From Enterobacteria phage vB_EcoM_IME338, in the sequence record MH051914: a DNA stretch of 64,000 nt; one strand, given 5' to 3'. Below, one piece after another: positions 9,155 to 18,599 of this stretch; the stretch's first letter is position 1; every line of letters starts with the position of its first letter. Under the pieces are notes generated by a model that worked only from the letters and a program-made list of their open reading frames with translations, did not search any database and was not told the DNA's origin. The translations under genes were made by a program, and so were the position numbers.

Positions 9155-9940
9155 ATGGGTATTGTAAAAATCATCAATGGGGATATCTTCTCCGCATTTG
9201 ATAAAGGTAAGTTTGATATCATTGGTCACGGTTGCAACTGTATGAATTTAATGGGTGCAGGTATCGCTGACAAGATTTCTAAACTTTACCCAAAAGCATA
9301 TGAAACCGATACAGAAGTTTATCTGTATGCAGGTGGCATAGGTCACAAACCCTGTGAAAATTTACTAGGGAATTTCTCTGTAGCACGTTTAGAACAAGGC
9401 CGTATAGCTAACCTTTACACTCAGCTTAAGACTGGTAAAGATGCCCGATACAGTGCTTTAGAGTCATCTTTGAAACAGCTTAACAGATACTGTGAAGTTA
9501 ATCAGTTGAAGAAGGTTGGGTTACCTATGATTGGTGCAGGTATCGGTGGGCTAGACCCTCAAGCCGTCACAGTTATCATCAATCAGGTGATGAAGAGTGT
9601 AGATGTTTATCTATATGTCTACGAAGGAGAGATGTACCACAAGTTACGCTCAGGTTGGAAGAACTACTGTGAACCAGAATACTTTGCAGGTGTAGTTGTG
9701 TTCACGGATAATGCAGTTACCCTCTTCAGACGAAGAAAAGGTAAGATACATCAAAGTAACCCTCCGGTTGAAAAGATGTCTCTAAGTAACGCTCTAGTTA
9801 CCCACCTGTCGAAGAGCAATCACAGAATTGCAGTAACATTTGGCAGTGATGCAGATACGTATATCTATGCAAGAACTGATGAGGATATCGAGACGGTCTT
9901 CTCATCACCGGAAGTTACCTTCTTAGACGCAAAGAACTAA
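9155..9940 (+). CDS. macro-domain (ADP-ribose-binding/processing) protein
   Basis: N-terminal NGDIF...GHGCNCMNLMGAGIA and later GLPMIGAGIGGL match the macro-domain Gly-rich phosphate-binding loops. Confidence 0.6.
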   Translation: MGIVKIINGDIFSAFDKGKFDIIGHGCNCMNLMGAGIADKISKLYPKAYETDTEVYLYAGGIGHKPCENLLGNFSVARLEQGRIANLYTQLKTGKDARYSALESSLKQLNRYCEVNQLKKVGLPMIGAGIGGLDPQAVTVIINQVMKSVDVYLYVYEGEMYHKLRSGWKNYCEPEYFAGVVVFTDNAVTLFRRRKGKIHQSNPPVEKMSLSNALVTHLSKSNHRIAVTFGSDADTYIYARTDEDIETVFSSPEVTFLDAKN

Positions 9941-9996
9941 GAAACTCTGTAGAATATTCACAATAGACTAAGCCTTTCTTATCTGGTAAATTTTTC

Positions 9997-10215
9997 AGGT
10001 AAGGAGGGCTTTTTCATTTCAGAATTGTGCAGGTATATTTCTATAGAGAAATCTGTAGAGAAAATTTTGAACTCCAAAGAGGAAATTCATTTTCAAACTG
10101 TGCAGGTAATCTCCAAAGAGCTTTTTCATTTTCAAAACGTGCAGAGAAAAATCAGGTCGGGCAAGAAAAATCATTTTAGAATTGTGCAGGTAGGTGGGTG
10201 CAGGTGGGGATGTTG
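9997..10215. repeat. four direct repeats of about 28 bp (TTTTCATTTTCA-AAYTGTGCAGGTA), 40-45 bp apart
   Basis: copies near 10007, 10081, 10119, 10166; ends in GGTGGGTGCAGGTGGGG. Confidence 0.5.
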
Positions 10216-10369
10216 CCATTTCTCACAATGCTACCACATCTGAAAAGAAAAGTCAACAGAAAAATTTGTAGCGGATTGAAAAATAATTCTTGATTGTAGT
10301 TCTGTTTTGTGGTAGCCGCGCGCACCCGTTTCATTACAATTTTTTGCAAAAATATTTTTAAAATTCCTA

Positions 10370-10398
10370 TTGACTCTTTGAGTATGGTTATCTAATAT
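10370..10398 (+). promoter_or_regulatory. sigma70-like promoter for small-gene array
   Basis: TTGACT-N17-TAATAT. Confidence 0.55.
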
Positions 10399-10447
10399 TT
10401 GCATCAGACGGGCAATCAAGCTCACTTCCTAAACTGGAGAATCAGAA

Positions 10448-10630
10448 ATGGCTAAAAAGATTAATGTTGGCGACGAAGTTGTTTTAAAGTTCGAAAAACG
10501 CTACACAAGAATGTCAATTAGTTCTCACAAGGTTTATAATGTTGATGCTATAAACAGCGATGGGACAATCAAGCTAAAAGGACACAAAGAAAGTTTTCCA
10601 AAAAATATGTTTGACAAATGGAAAAAATAA
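10448..10630 (+). CDS. small hypothetical protein (array gene 1)
   Basis: conserved TIR CCTAAACTGGAGAATC-N5-ATG. Confidence 0.5.
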   Translation: MAKKINVGDEVVLKFEKRYTRMSISSHKVYNVDAINSDGTIKLKGHKESFPKNMFDKWKK

Positions 10631-10669
10631 GTTATTCTCTTCCTTGATTCCTAAACTGGAGAATCTAAA

Positions 10670-10876
10670 ATGCTTTACAGCCGTGAATTGATGGATACAA
10701 CCAACGTTAATACAAAGGTAAAACGTTTTTATATGCAAGTGTGTGGCGCATGGCGTAGAATACCAGAAGCTGACTATTGCAACTATGTAGAAACGGCTAT
10801 CAACTCTAGTTGTTACCTTACAAAGAATACAAAGAAACTTATAAAACATACAGCTGTTTACTATTACGATATATAA
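10670..10876 (+). CDS. small hypothetical Cys-containing protein (array gene 2)
   Basis: conserved TIR upstream. Confidence 0.5.
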   Translation: MLYSRELMDTTNVNTKVKRFYMQVCGAWRRIPEADYCNYVETAINSSCYLTKNTKKLIKHTAVYYYDI

Positions 10877-10964
10877 AAAGTACTTTACAAGGGGCTTAAA
10901 AGTTGATATCTTAAGCCCCAGATAAAGAGCTTTACTAACTAACCTTAAACTAGGAGATTCTAAA
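10877..10964 (+). repeat. intergenic module family A copy 1 (promoter + stem-loop + RBS), diverged
   Basis: TTTACA..GGGGCTTA...TAAGCCCC..RBS. Confidence 0.5.
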
Positions 10965-11345
10965 ATGGCTTATCGTGCACCGAAATTCATCAACAAAGAC
11001 AACTTTCGCAAAGTACTGGAGAAGTCACTTGATGAAAAATTTAACGGAAAATTGATTATTGTTCACGCATTTAATTTTAAGTATGACATTAACGGGAATA
11101 AAATCAATCATTACACGGCAACAATGGTGGACGGTTTACTATCAAGTGAAAAAGCCATACTGAATGCGCTTGCTGGACGTGGTAAAAACCTGATAAGATG
11201 TGATAAGAGACGTTATCAAGGCGGCACATATGGTTATGATGATACTGTTTATCATCTTGAAAACATGGGCTATCAAGTAGAAAAAGCTGGAGTATCACAA
11301 ATTATCGGTAGTGATGGCTATGTGACAATTTTTAAAATTAAATAA
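10965..11345 (+). CDS. hypothetical protein (array gene 3)
   Basis: conserved TIR; 126 aa. Confidence 0.55.
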   Translation: MAYRAPKFINKDNFRKVLEKSLDEKFNGKLIIVHAFNFKYDINGNKINHYTATMVDGLLSSEKAILNALAGRGKNLIRCDKRRYQGGTYGYDDTVYHLENMGYQVEKAGVSQIIGSDGYVTIFKIK

Positions 11346-11432
11346 AAAGTACTTTACAAGGGGCTTATAGTTCGATAAAGTAAGCCCCAGATAAAGAGCT
11401 TTATCACTCAATCCTAAATTGGAGATTCTAAA
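11346..11432 (+). repeat. intergenic module family A copy 2
   Basis: TTTACA-N17-TAAAGT with hairpin GGGGCTTA/TAAGCCCC overlapping the spacer and -10, then conserved RBS. Confidence 0.55.
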
Positions 11433-11945
11433 ATGAAAACTGTAGACGCTACCTTTGAAGTTGTAAAAGAAAAATTTTCCATCATTTATGAGGCTGTTAC
11501 TTGGTATGAACCAAGTCATGCCCTTGAAAATTGGGAATTTACAGATGACCATCAAGGCGGGGTAACTATCAAAAATCCTAACTATCAACGAAATGGATTT
11601 AAGTATGCAATCCCTTTACATTATAGCCTGAAACAGCTTTCAAGTGATTATGCAAAACAAGGCCGGGAAAATCCATCCCGTGAGGCTTACACCAGCTTAC
11701 AGGAAGAACTACAAAGGGATTTAGAGGCTTCAGAGTATTACCTATCTGCAAAAGTTGTCGATGCAAACGGAAAAACGGTCTTAGATAGTTTTTCTATTGG
11801 TTACGCTTTCGATTGGTGCTATAGCGACGGTGAGGATTTAGAGGATAGACTAAGAGAAGAGGTGAACAATTCAGACGCAGAATCTGAAGTTATGGAACAA
11901 TTAGAAGCCTTAAAAGATTCAGTGATGAATATCTTTAAAAATTAA
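11433..11945 (+). CDS. hypothetical acidic protein (array gene 4)
   Basis: conserved TIR; 170 aa. Confidence 0.55.
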   Translation: MKTVDATFEVVKEKFSIIYEAVTWYEPSHALENWEFTDDHQGGVTIKNPNYQRNGFKYAIPLHYSLKQLSSDYAKQGRENPSREAYTSLQEELQRDLEASEYYLSAKVVDANGKTVLDSFSIGYAFDWCYSDGEDLEDRLREEVNNSDAESEVMEQLEALKDSVMNIFKN

Positions 11946-11961
11946 ATTAAGAAGGAACATC

Positions 11962-12294
11962 ATGTTAATGATGGGTGTCACTGCAATCATAGCCATTATA
12001 GCACTTTATAAGGCATATAAAGCCTATAATCTAGCAAGTAAGGCAATCACGCAACAGGTTAACAATAATCTCGTGATGAACTTTCTGGAGCGTTTAAGTG
12101 ATGAGCAAATAAAACGGTTAGAAATGAGCTTCAGATTTCAATCAAAAACCTATCAAATCAGCGACATTTTCAAAGATGATTTTCAGCTTGTCGATGATTA
12201 TAACTCTCTGATAAATGCTTTAAATATCAGTGATTTAAAAGATTATCATGCTGTAATAGTTCAAGAATTGAGCAAACGAAAAAATTCCTCTTGA
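11962..12294 (+). CDS. hypothetical membrane protein (array gene 5)
   Basis: N-terminal TM helix; AAGGAA RBS. Confidence 0.5.
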   Translation: MLMMGVTAIIAIIALYKAYKAYNLASKAITQQVNNNLVMNFLERLSDEQIKRLEMSFRFQSKTYQISDIFKDDFQLVDDYNSLINALNISDLKDYHAVIVQELSKRKNSS

Positions 12295-12381
12295 TTTTGG
12301 TTTTTAAAACAAGTAAATTACTAATCAACGGGAGGGATAACCTCCCCACTAAGTAAAGTCCTTAAACTAGGAGATTCTAAA
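12281..12381 (+). repeat. intergenic module family B copy 1
   Basis: TTGATT-N17-TAAATT, hairpin GGGAGG-GATAA-CCTCCC, conserved RBS; 5' end includes last codons of upstream gene. Confidence 0.55.
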
Positions 12382-12654
12382 ATGTATACTACTAACAATG
12401 GCCGTACTCTAAATGTCACTCTACGCCACTATGTAGACGGCGTGATGAACTTTGAAGATTTACAAGCGGAGCAACATATCTTAGATTGGCAACTTGCTGG
12501 ACTTCAAAAAACTGCTACCGGATATGGTAAAAAGATTCCAACTAGCTGGAAAGTATACTACAAAGGCCGTTTGCGCAGAATTTATCAGGATGTATACAGC
12601 AATAGCGCAACAAGTTACATCATGGTAAAAGGTAAAAAGCTGCATTTAGTGTAA
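12382..12654 (+). CDS. hypothetical protein (array gene 6)
   Basis: conserved TIR. Confidence 0.5.
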   Translation: MYTTNNGRTLNVTLRHYVDGVMNFEDLQAEQHILDWQLAGLQKTATGYGKKIPTSWKVYYKGRLRRIYQDVYSNSATSYIMVKGKKLHLV

Positions 12655-12739
12655 AGTACTTTACAAGGGGCTTATAGTTCGATAAAGTAAGCCCCAGATA
12701 AAGAGCTTTATCACTCAATCCTAAATTGGAGATTCTAAA
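12655..12739 (+). repeat. intergenic module family A copy 3
   Basis: near-identical to copy 2. Confidence 0.55.
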
Positions 12740-13144
12740 ATGGCTATTAATAACCGTGAATTATCAATTTTAAAAGCACGTTTGACCGTTAACCGGATTA
12801 ATGTTATGACATCAGCAGCGCCAGATGAGACCTTATATAATATTATCGGAAAGATTCAAAGCGTTATCTTAGACGTTGAAAGCGTAAAAAAATCACTGAT
12901 TGACGTTGCAGCGGGTATCACGCTAGACGGCGCACAATATGAAATGGCTGACATGTTAGGCAAATCTAAGGTAATGAATAGAGAGCTGGATTTGAAAATG
13001 TTCCGTTTTGCTGTCAAGGTGTGGCTATCCATCGAATATGACGCAAATTTTGCAATCGCTGACTTTTTCGCAACATGGTTACAACGTAATTTAACAAATT
13101 ATGATTTTCGTGATATCTGCGACGTAATTTATTCAGAACTTTAA
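12740..13144 (+). CDS. hypothetical protein (array gene 7)
   Basis: conserved TIR. Confidence 0.55.
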   Translation: MAINNRELSILKARLTVNRINVMTSAAPDETLYNIIGKIQSVILDVESVKKSLIDVAAGITLDGAQYEMADMLGKSKVMNRELDLKMFRFAVKVWLSIEYDANFAIADFFATWLQRNLTNYDFRDICDVIYSEL

Positions 13145-13248
13145 AAAATTCCTCTTGATTTTGGCTTTAAAAGCAAGTAAATTACTAATCAACGGGAAGG
13201 GGATGAACTCCCCCACTAAGTAAAGTTCTTAAACTAGGAGATTCTAAA
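13145..13248 (+). repeat. intergenic module family B copy 2
   Basis: as copy 1 with compensatory changes in hairpin. Confidence 0.55.
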
Positions 13249-13452
13249 ATGGCTATTATTAACGGTTTAAACATTGAAACTACTCATATCAAAGATATCA
13301 AAGTCGGTGATATAGTCCTTTTTCACGGCGTAGAAAAAACCGTCACTGAAAAGGATATCAAAGAGGATTTATTCATGGGCCGGACTCTCTTCGGTGATTC
13401 CTATTGCTTAGGTTACCGTGCAGTTTTAAAAGTTATCAAAAATAATCGTTAA
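13249..13452 (+). CDS. small hypothetical protein (array gene 8)
   Basis: conserved TIR. Confidence 0.5.
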   Translation: MAIINGLNIETTHIKDIKVGDIVLFHGVEKTVTEKDIKEDLFMGRTLFGDSYCLGYRAVLKVIKNNR

Positions 13453-13537
13453 AGTACTTTACAAGGGGCTTATAGTTCGATAAAGTAAGCCCCAGATAAA
13501 GAGCTTTATCACTCAATCCTAAATTGGAGATTCAAAA
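13453..13537 (+). repeat. intergenic module family A copy 4
   Basis: near-identical to copy 2. Confidence 0.55.
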
Positions 13538-14080
13538 ATGAAATGCTTTCACGGTACTACTCAAGAAAATTTTATCAACCTGATTAATAACGGTGATAAG
13601 CCATCAGGTGCATGGAATTGTTCGGATATGGATGGGAATTTTTACGTTTATCCAGAAAATAAAATCTATGGCGACGATGAGGAAGAGATAATCTCTGAAG
13701 GTATCCAACAATCTCTGGGTAATGCCGCTATCACCGCAGCTTTCCAGATGAAAACTCAAAACATTGTTATCTTGGAACTTGATATTCCAGAGGATGAGTT
13801 GAATGATGATTATTCTTGTGATAATATGTCAAACGTGGCAAGTTTTACAGAGTATTTTGATACAAGCTGGATTAAAAAGGTTTACATCACTGAATTTAAT
13901 GCTATGTTTTCGCCATTTTGTCTTCCTTCACTGGATAACCCGAATTTAAACCATATTGATGAGTCTCTGGAACTCCTCGCTAAAAGCGTTCAACAGTCCG
14001 ACAATATTCAGGTTTTTTGTGACATCATGGACACACTGACAGAAAACATCATAGAAAGAGATTTGAAGAGCTTTTTCTAA
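13538..14080 (+). CDS. hypothetical acidic protein (array gene 9)
   Basis: conserved TIR; 180 aa. Confidence 0.55.
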   Translation: MKCFHGTTQENFINLINNGDKPSGAWNCSDMDGNFYVYPENKIYGDDEEEIISEGIQQSLGNAAITAAFQMKTQNIVILELDIPEDELNDDYSCDNMSNVASFTEYFDTSWIKKVYITEFNAMFSPFCLPSLDNPNLNHIDESLELLAKSVQQSDNIQVFCDIMDTLTENIIERDLKSFF

Positions 14081-14146
14081 TAACCTATACAATCACCTTA
14101 TAAACACTATTCAGCCCCTTGTAGGGGCTTTTAGAAGGCTTTAATC

Positions 14147-14380
14147 ATGCTTACAACCGTTTATCTCATCCTTTCCATCTGTAATGGTCATTCATGTGAT
14201 TTTAAAGGGCTTGAGGAGTTTACAGGGAGTAAAGAAAATGCTATTCAGGTTTGCCAGATAGCAAGGCAAGACTACCCCGCCAGTGATGATATACAATGTT
14301 ATTTTAAGACAGAAGACAGCGACGGCGTCTATTTTGACAGTGTTGACGGGCAAGATGAAATTATCATAGAAAAAGACTAG
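14147..14380 (+). CDS. small hypothetical protein (array gene 10)
   Basis: GAAGG RBS; GC hairpin upstream. Confidence 0.45.
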   Translation: MLTTVYLILSICNGHSCDFKGLEEFTGSKENAIQVCQIARQDYPASDDIQCYFKTEDSDGVYFDSVDGQDEIIIEKD

Positions 14381-14470
14381 ACAAGCCTGATAGAAATCTG
14401 TAAATTGTCAATTAACGGGGAAGCGATAACATCCCCACTAGATAAAGTCCTTAAACTAGGAGATTCAAAA
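14381..14470 (+). repeat. intergenic module family B copy 3 (5' part diverged)
   Basis: hairpin GGGGAAGCGATAACATCCCC + conserved RBS. Confidence 0.5.
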
Positions 14471-14719
14471 ATGTATACCAAAACACAGCTCAAAAATATG
14501 GTTAAAAATGGCTTGATGGATGAAGTCTATATAGAGTGTAGACGATATGGAGAAATCAAAGGTAAATCAAGCTATGAATACACCCACACAATAAACTTTA
14601 AAACTAATGAGCAAAAAACCGACTTGATAACTAGCATTATAATTGAGTACAAAGGTATAATATGGTCCTTTGAGCTAGTAAAAGGCGAGTGTATAGAAAT
14701 CGAATTCAAAGACGCTTAA
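14471..14719 (+). CDS. small hypothetical protein (array gene 11)
   Basis: start reset to ATG after conserved TIR; track ORF 14405 starts inside the repeat module. Confidence 0.5.
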   Translation: MYTKTQLKNMVKNGLMDEVYIECRRYGEIKGKSSYEYTHTINFKTNEQKTDLITSIIIEYKGIIWSFELVKGECIEIEFKDA

Positions 14720-14806
14720 AAGTACTTTACAAGGGGCTTAAGAGATTGATACCATAAGCCCCAGATAAAGAGCTTTACCACTAAATCCTAAACTGGAGTT
14801 TTCACA
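14720..14806 (+). repeat. intergenic module family A copy 5 (variant)
   Basis: same architecture, variant stem. Confidence 0.5.
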
Positions 14807-14953
14807 ATGTCAAATGCTGTTGAAACGGTTTTTAACAATCCGGTATTTTCAGAGATGATTTTCTCGTTTATCATGATGTTACTTGTTAAAACCATGAAAA
14901 AGGCCGAAAAATTACACTCAAAGAAAAAAGCTATTGCAAACCGTTTTAAGTAA
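14807..14953 (+). CDS. small hypothetical membrane protein, 48 aa (array gene 12)
   Basis: conserved TIR then ATG; hydrophobic core; below track cutoff. Confidence 0.4.
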   Translation: MSNAVETVFNNPVFSEMIFSFIMMLLVKTMKKAEKLHSKKKAIANRFK

Positions 14954-15000
14954 AGCTATAGTATCAATCAAGCCCACTTCCTAAACTGGAGATTCAAAAA

Positions 15001-15342
15001 ATGGCTTATGTAACTGTAATTACCAATAAAGCGGATTCATCTTGGTCAACTCAAGTAAGCGATAAAATGTCACCTATGCAGTGCCTAAAATACTTTGAGC
15101 AGTGGAACAAAGGCGAGGATGTCAGCCCCTTTCAAGTCATGCAGATTATCCATGTAAGCAATGAAGGGGTTAAAACGGTTTTAAATAGTGAGTACTATGT
15201 AACCAGATTTGAAACAAGATGTAAAGCAATGAAGCTCTTGCGTGAGTCTGGTTATGCCCATATCGCCGCGTTAATCTGGAATGACTTGCTAAAAAATCAG
15301 CGTATCAGCTACGTAAAACCTGAAAAAATATTCATCAGTTAA
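15001..15342 (+). CDS. hypothetical protein (array gene 13)
   Basis: conserved TIR. Confidence 0.55.
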   Translation: MAYVTVITNKADSSWSTQVSDKMSPMQCLKYFEQWNKGEDVSPFQVMQIIHVSNEGVKTVLNSEYYVTRFETRCKAMKLLRESGYAHIAALIWNDLLKNQRISYVKPEKIFIS

Positions 15343-15461
15343 TCAATAACTTACAAAAAACTTTTAAAAAGATGTTGACAATCCCTCTTGACATTGGTAA
15401 CTTTGTTCGAGGGGGTTTATCTAAAAGGGATTCACTTAAAAGATTCTTTATAGATAAACTT

Positions 15462-15564
15462 AAAAAATTGCTTGCAATCAGATATCAAAACAAGTAAATT
15501 ACTAATCAACGGGGAGACGATAACCTCCCCACTAAATAAAGCCCTTAAACTAGGAGATTCAAAA
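15462..15564 (+). repeat. intergenic module family B copy 4
   Basis: TTGCAA-N17-TAAATT, hairpin GGGGAGACGATAACCTCCCC, conserved RBS. Confidence 0.55.
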
Positions 15565-16095
15565 ATGAACAAGTTCAAAGCTATCAACTTCATTCGTTCA
15601 AATAGTGTCATGTCAAAGCCTGTCAAAGATACCTACGAATTTCGTTGCAATAGGGTACATTTTGCAACCATCACCAAATCAGAAAACGGGGCTTATTACG
15701 TTCATCGTCGTAATGCTGCAACCGTTGCAGTCTCTCACTTTATGCAAGCTGTAGCAGAGTTATTACCGCTATTCTTAGAGATTTACTTAGATGATTGTAA
15801 AAACGTTCACAGACACGTTAAAAACCTTTTAAATGGTTATAAAATGGCTTATGAACGTTCTATTAAGTCCTTAAACAAGTTCTATAAAGCCCCTGTAAAT
15901 ACTGTTTCAATGGCCTACGGCATAGGTGGCTGGACTGTTAACCTTTCTCTAGTGGAAGAAATCGAGCTTTATGATTTACGTCCTAGCTGTTACGCTAAGA
16001 CACTGGGAGAGGGCTTATCTTTCAACATCAAGAACTTAGAGAAAACTTTAAAAGATATTGAAAAAGATATTGATGAGACAATCAAAAATCTGTAA
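15565..16095 (+). CDS. hypothetical protein (array gene 14)
   Basis: start reset to ATG after conserved TIR; track ORF 15472 starts inside the repeat module. Confidence 0.5.
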   Translation: MNKFKAINFIRSNSVMSKPVKDTYEFRCNRVHFATITKSENGAYYVHRRNAATVAVSHFMQAVAELLPLFLEIYLDDCKNVHRHVKNLLNGYKMAYERSIKSLNKFYKAPVNTVSMAYGIGGWTVNLSLVEEIELYDLRPSCYAKTLGEGLSFNIKNLEKTLKDIEKDIDETIKNL

Positions 16096-16136
16096 ATTAC
16101 TAATCAACGGGGCTAAATAGCCCCAGATACCTGAAC

Positions 16137-16161
16137 AGCCCCTATTTAAAGGGGCTTTTTT
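16137..16161 (+). terminator. rho-independent terminator closing the small-gene array
   Basis: AGCCCC-TATTTAAA-GGGGCT followed by T6. Confidence 0.6.
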
Positions 16162-17880
16162 ACGTCTTATCAAATACCCTTTCCTTTCCTTTCCAGAATC
16201 TATCCCACTGGTTCGATAGAATCTATCTCATACCTTAAAAGCAATAACTCTATAGTCTACTCTATAATCTCTTATCAAATCAACTTAAATATAAGCCCAT
16301 AACCCGAAAGGGAAGGGCAACCATTAATTGGTATTGTTACCAATCCCTAAAACGCTCTATAAAGCTCTATAACAGCCTTATCAACCTAACTTAAGCAATC
16401 ATATTAACCCACTTTAAAAAGCCCTTCCTAGAGCTTCCCAGAGCCTTAAAAGAATCTTATAAGTGTGTGAGCTTTATCATCTCGTTAGCTATCTTAATGG
16501 TATTGTTATCAATCCCTAGTGAATAACTAAACAACCCCTTGATAGTCACTAAAAAGTATGTTATAGGGGTTTAAAAGTTACTTTGAAGTAGCTTAAAAGT
16601 TACGTAAATGCTAGCCCCCTTAACATTTTCTTAACAATTCCTTAACAATCCCTACATAGTTATGCTTTTAAGGCACTTGTTAGCAACTTGTTAGCCCCTT
16701 GTTAAATCTCTGTTACAACCATGTAAAAGTTTTGTAAGAGTCTTTGACATAGCCTTAAAAGCTCCTGTAAAGCCCTATAAAGAGCTATCCATACAGTTGA
16801 GGGGTAGATACTAGGAAGAGGCTTAAAAGAGCTTACAAAGAGCTATAGAGAGCTTTTAAGAGGGCTATTTAAAGGGTCACTAGGGGTTGGTAACAATACC
16901 AATTAAGAAGGAAAGGGAACGATAAGAAAAGAGATAAGTTGTGTTTGTAAACAACCACTGTGACCATGTTAATAGCTTGTTAAAAAGATTAGACACTTGT
17001 TAGGAACTTGTTAATTATCTTAACAAAATAACTCTTAAAAATTAACTAATTGGTATTGTTACCAATCCCTGTTAACTCTTGTCAGTCATCTGTTAAACCT
17101 CTGTAAAGACTATGTATCAACTGTTAAGAAACTGTTACACTCTTGTTAAAACTGTTAAGAAACTGTTAAGACCTCTGAAGAGATGTTAAGAGCTTGAGAG
17201 AGTTGTTAAGAAATTGTTAAGGATATTTTAAAATTTTGCAAAGTACTTGTAAGGGAGCTGTTAAGGGCTACCAAGCAGATATACATCTTCTACAGATATT
17301 TTTGAGTTCCTTCAAAGACCCTAAAAAATGACTTGATAGTCCTATTTTATAAAAATTTTAAAATTCTGAATAATTACCTAGACAGTCTTTTAAAAATACA
17401 GGCATAAACAGGCTTATAAGATACCTTGTTAGTACCGTGTTAGACCTTGTGAGATAAGGTCTGTAAAGATATTCCTGTTAAGTTTGTTAAAACAGTCTAT
17501 ATAGAGGCTTAGTAATACCTAGTGAACACCTATAGAGGGTAACATAGCTGACATAATGGGTTACTGTTAAGTAATACAGATAACCTAGAGATTAAGAGGT
17601 GTATAGGGGCTTCTAAGAGGGTATAGAGAGATGGTTAAGGTGATTGTATAGGTTGTTAAGAATGCTTGTTAGAAGAGTGTTTAGAAGGGCTATACAGAGG
17701 GCTATTAAGACCACTAGATAGTTACTAAGATACTATATAGTACTATATAACTATATATAGAGAGTAAGATTAAGAAGGTTGTTAAGAAGGGTAGATATTT
17801 TATTCACATATGATGGTGACCCAGAGGTTGGGACAACCGATAAAATTTTATAAAAATTATAAATTTCGTAAATTTTACTC
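16162..17880. repeat. ORF-free repeat-rich region (palindromes, iteron-like short repeats)
   Basis: no ORF of 60 aa or more on either strand; 4 copies of palindrome-containing motif GGTATTGTTACCAATCC; many CTTAAAAG and TGTTAAG repeats. Confidence 0.6.
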
Positions 17881-17883
17881 AAT

Positions 17884-17915
17884 AAAAAGCCCCCAATTAA
17901 GGAGGCTCTTAAGAT
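17884..17915 (-). terminator. rho-independent terminator (minus strand)
   Basis: minus-strand hairpin AGCCTCC-TTAATT-GGGGGCT followed by T-run, downstream of 17919-18599. Confidence 0.5.
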
Positions 17916-17918
17916 ATT

Positions 17919-18599
17919 TTAAATCAGTGTTTCCAGAACTGTCTTCAGTGATGACTTGGTTGTCTGATAAAAATGAGTAAATCCGTTGTTGTTATCGAAT
18001 ACCAGCATCATGATATCATCTCCATTGATTGGGTACACTCGGATATCATAGTGGGACCCATTAAAGACAGCAGAACCATTACAGAATACACTAAAATCAT
18101 CCACTGAGATATACTCTTCATGACCTGTGATTTTTATACAAACACCTTTACTCGGTCTCTTAGGGTTGATATCTTCCATCACAAGCATTTGTTGTCCACC
18201 AAGAGAAATCATAGTGAACTCTTTACGGTTCTGCTGTTTAACATACATTTCAAGTTTCTGCAAAGTATCTTTATAGAACGGATAAGACTCCTTAACAAAG
18301 ATACCTTTTAGTGGCTCTTTACCATTCTTAACTTCTCTGATATGCCGTACTGTTAAGACAAGCTGCTCTAGTCTGTTAAGGCTTTCTTTGGATAATGCTT
18401 CTTGAACATCATTCCAGTCAAGTACCAAGTACTTTCTCTCTAATTCAAACTGTTTTTCCATATCTATCAAATCCTGAAAATACTTCTTAGTGATTTTTGA
18501 CCACTCAGCAAAATGAATCTTTTTCTTCTTCCGAAGGAGAACCATATCTTTCAAGTTCATCCAATTCATCCTGCGAAGGTGTCCCGTAAGATTCTTCAT
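17919..18599 (-). CDS. hypothetical protein
   Basis: 226-aa ORF. Confidence 0.55.
   Translation of the reverse strand: MKNLTGHLRRMNWMNLKDMVLLRKKKKIHFAEWSKITKKYFQDLIDMEKQFELERKYLVLDWNDVQEALSKESLNRLEQLVLTVRHIREVKNGKEPLKGIFVKESYPFYKDTLQKLEMYVKQQNRKEFTMISLGGQQMLVMEDINPKRPSKGVCIKITGHEEYISVDDFSVFCNGSAVFNGSHYDIRVYPINGDDIMMLVFDNNNGFTHFYQTTKSSLKTVLETLI

Noticed and set aside
14405-15564. ORF-track starts at 14405 and 15472
   Set aside because: These N-terminal extensions read through the conserved intergenic repeat module (hairpin and RBS); true starts are the ATGs after the conserved RBS (14471 and 15565).
10300-16161. Possible CRISPR array, given the many near-identical intergenic repeats
   Set aside because: Repeats are 85-110 bp promoter/hairpin/RBS modules separated by protein-coding ORFs of 150-550 bp with strong coding signal, not 28-37 bp repeats with uniform non-coding spacers; no cas genes.
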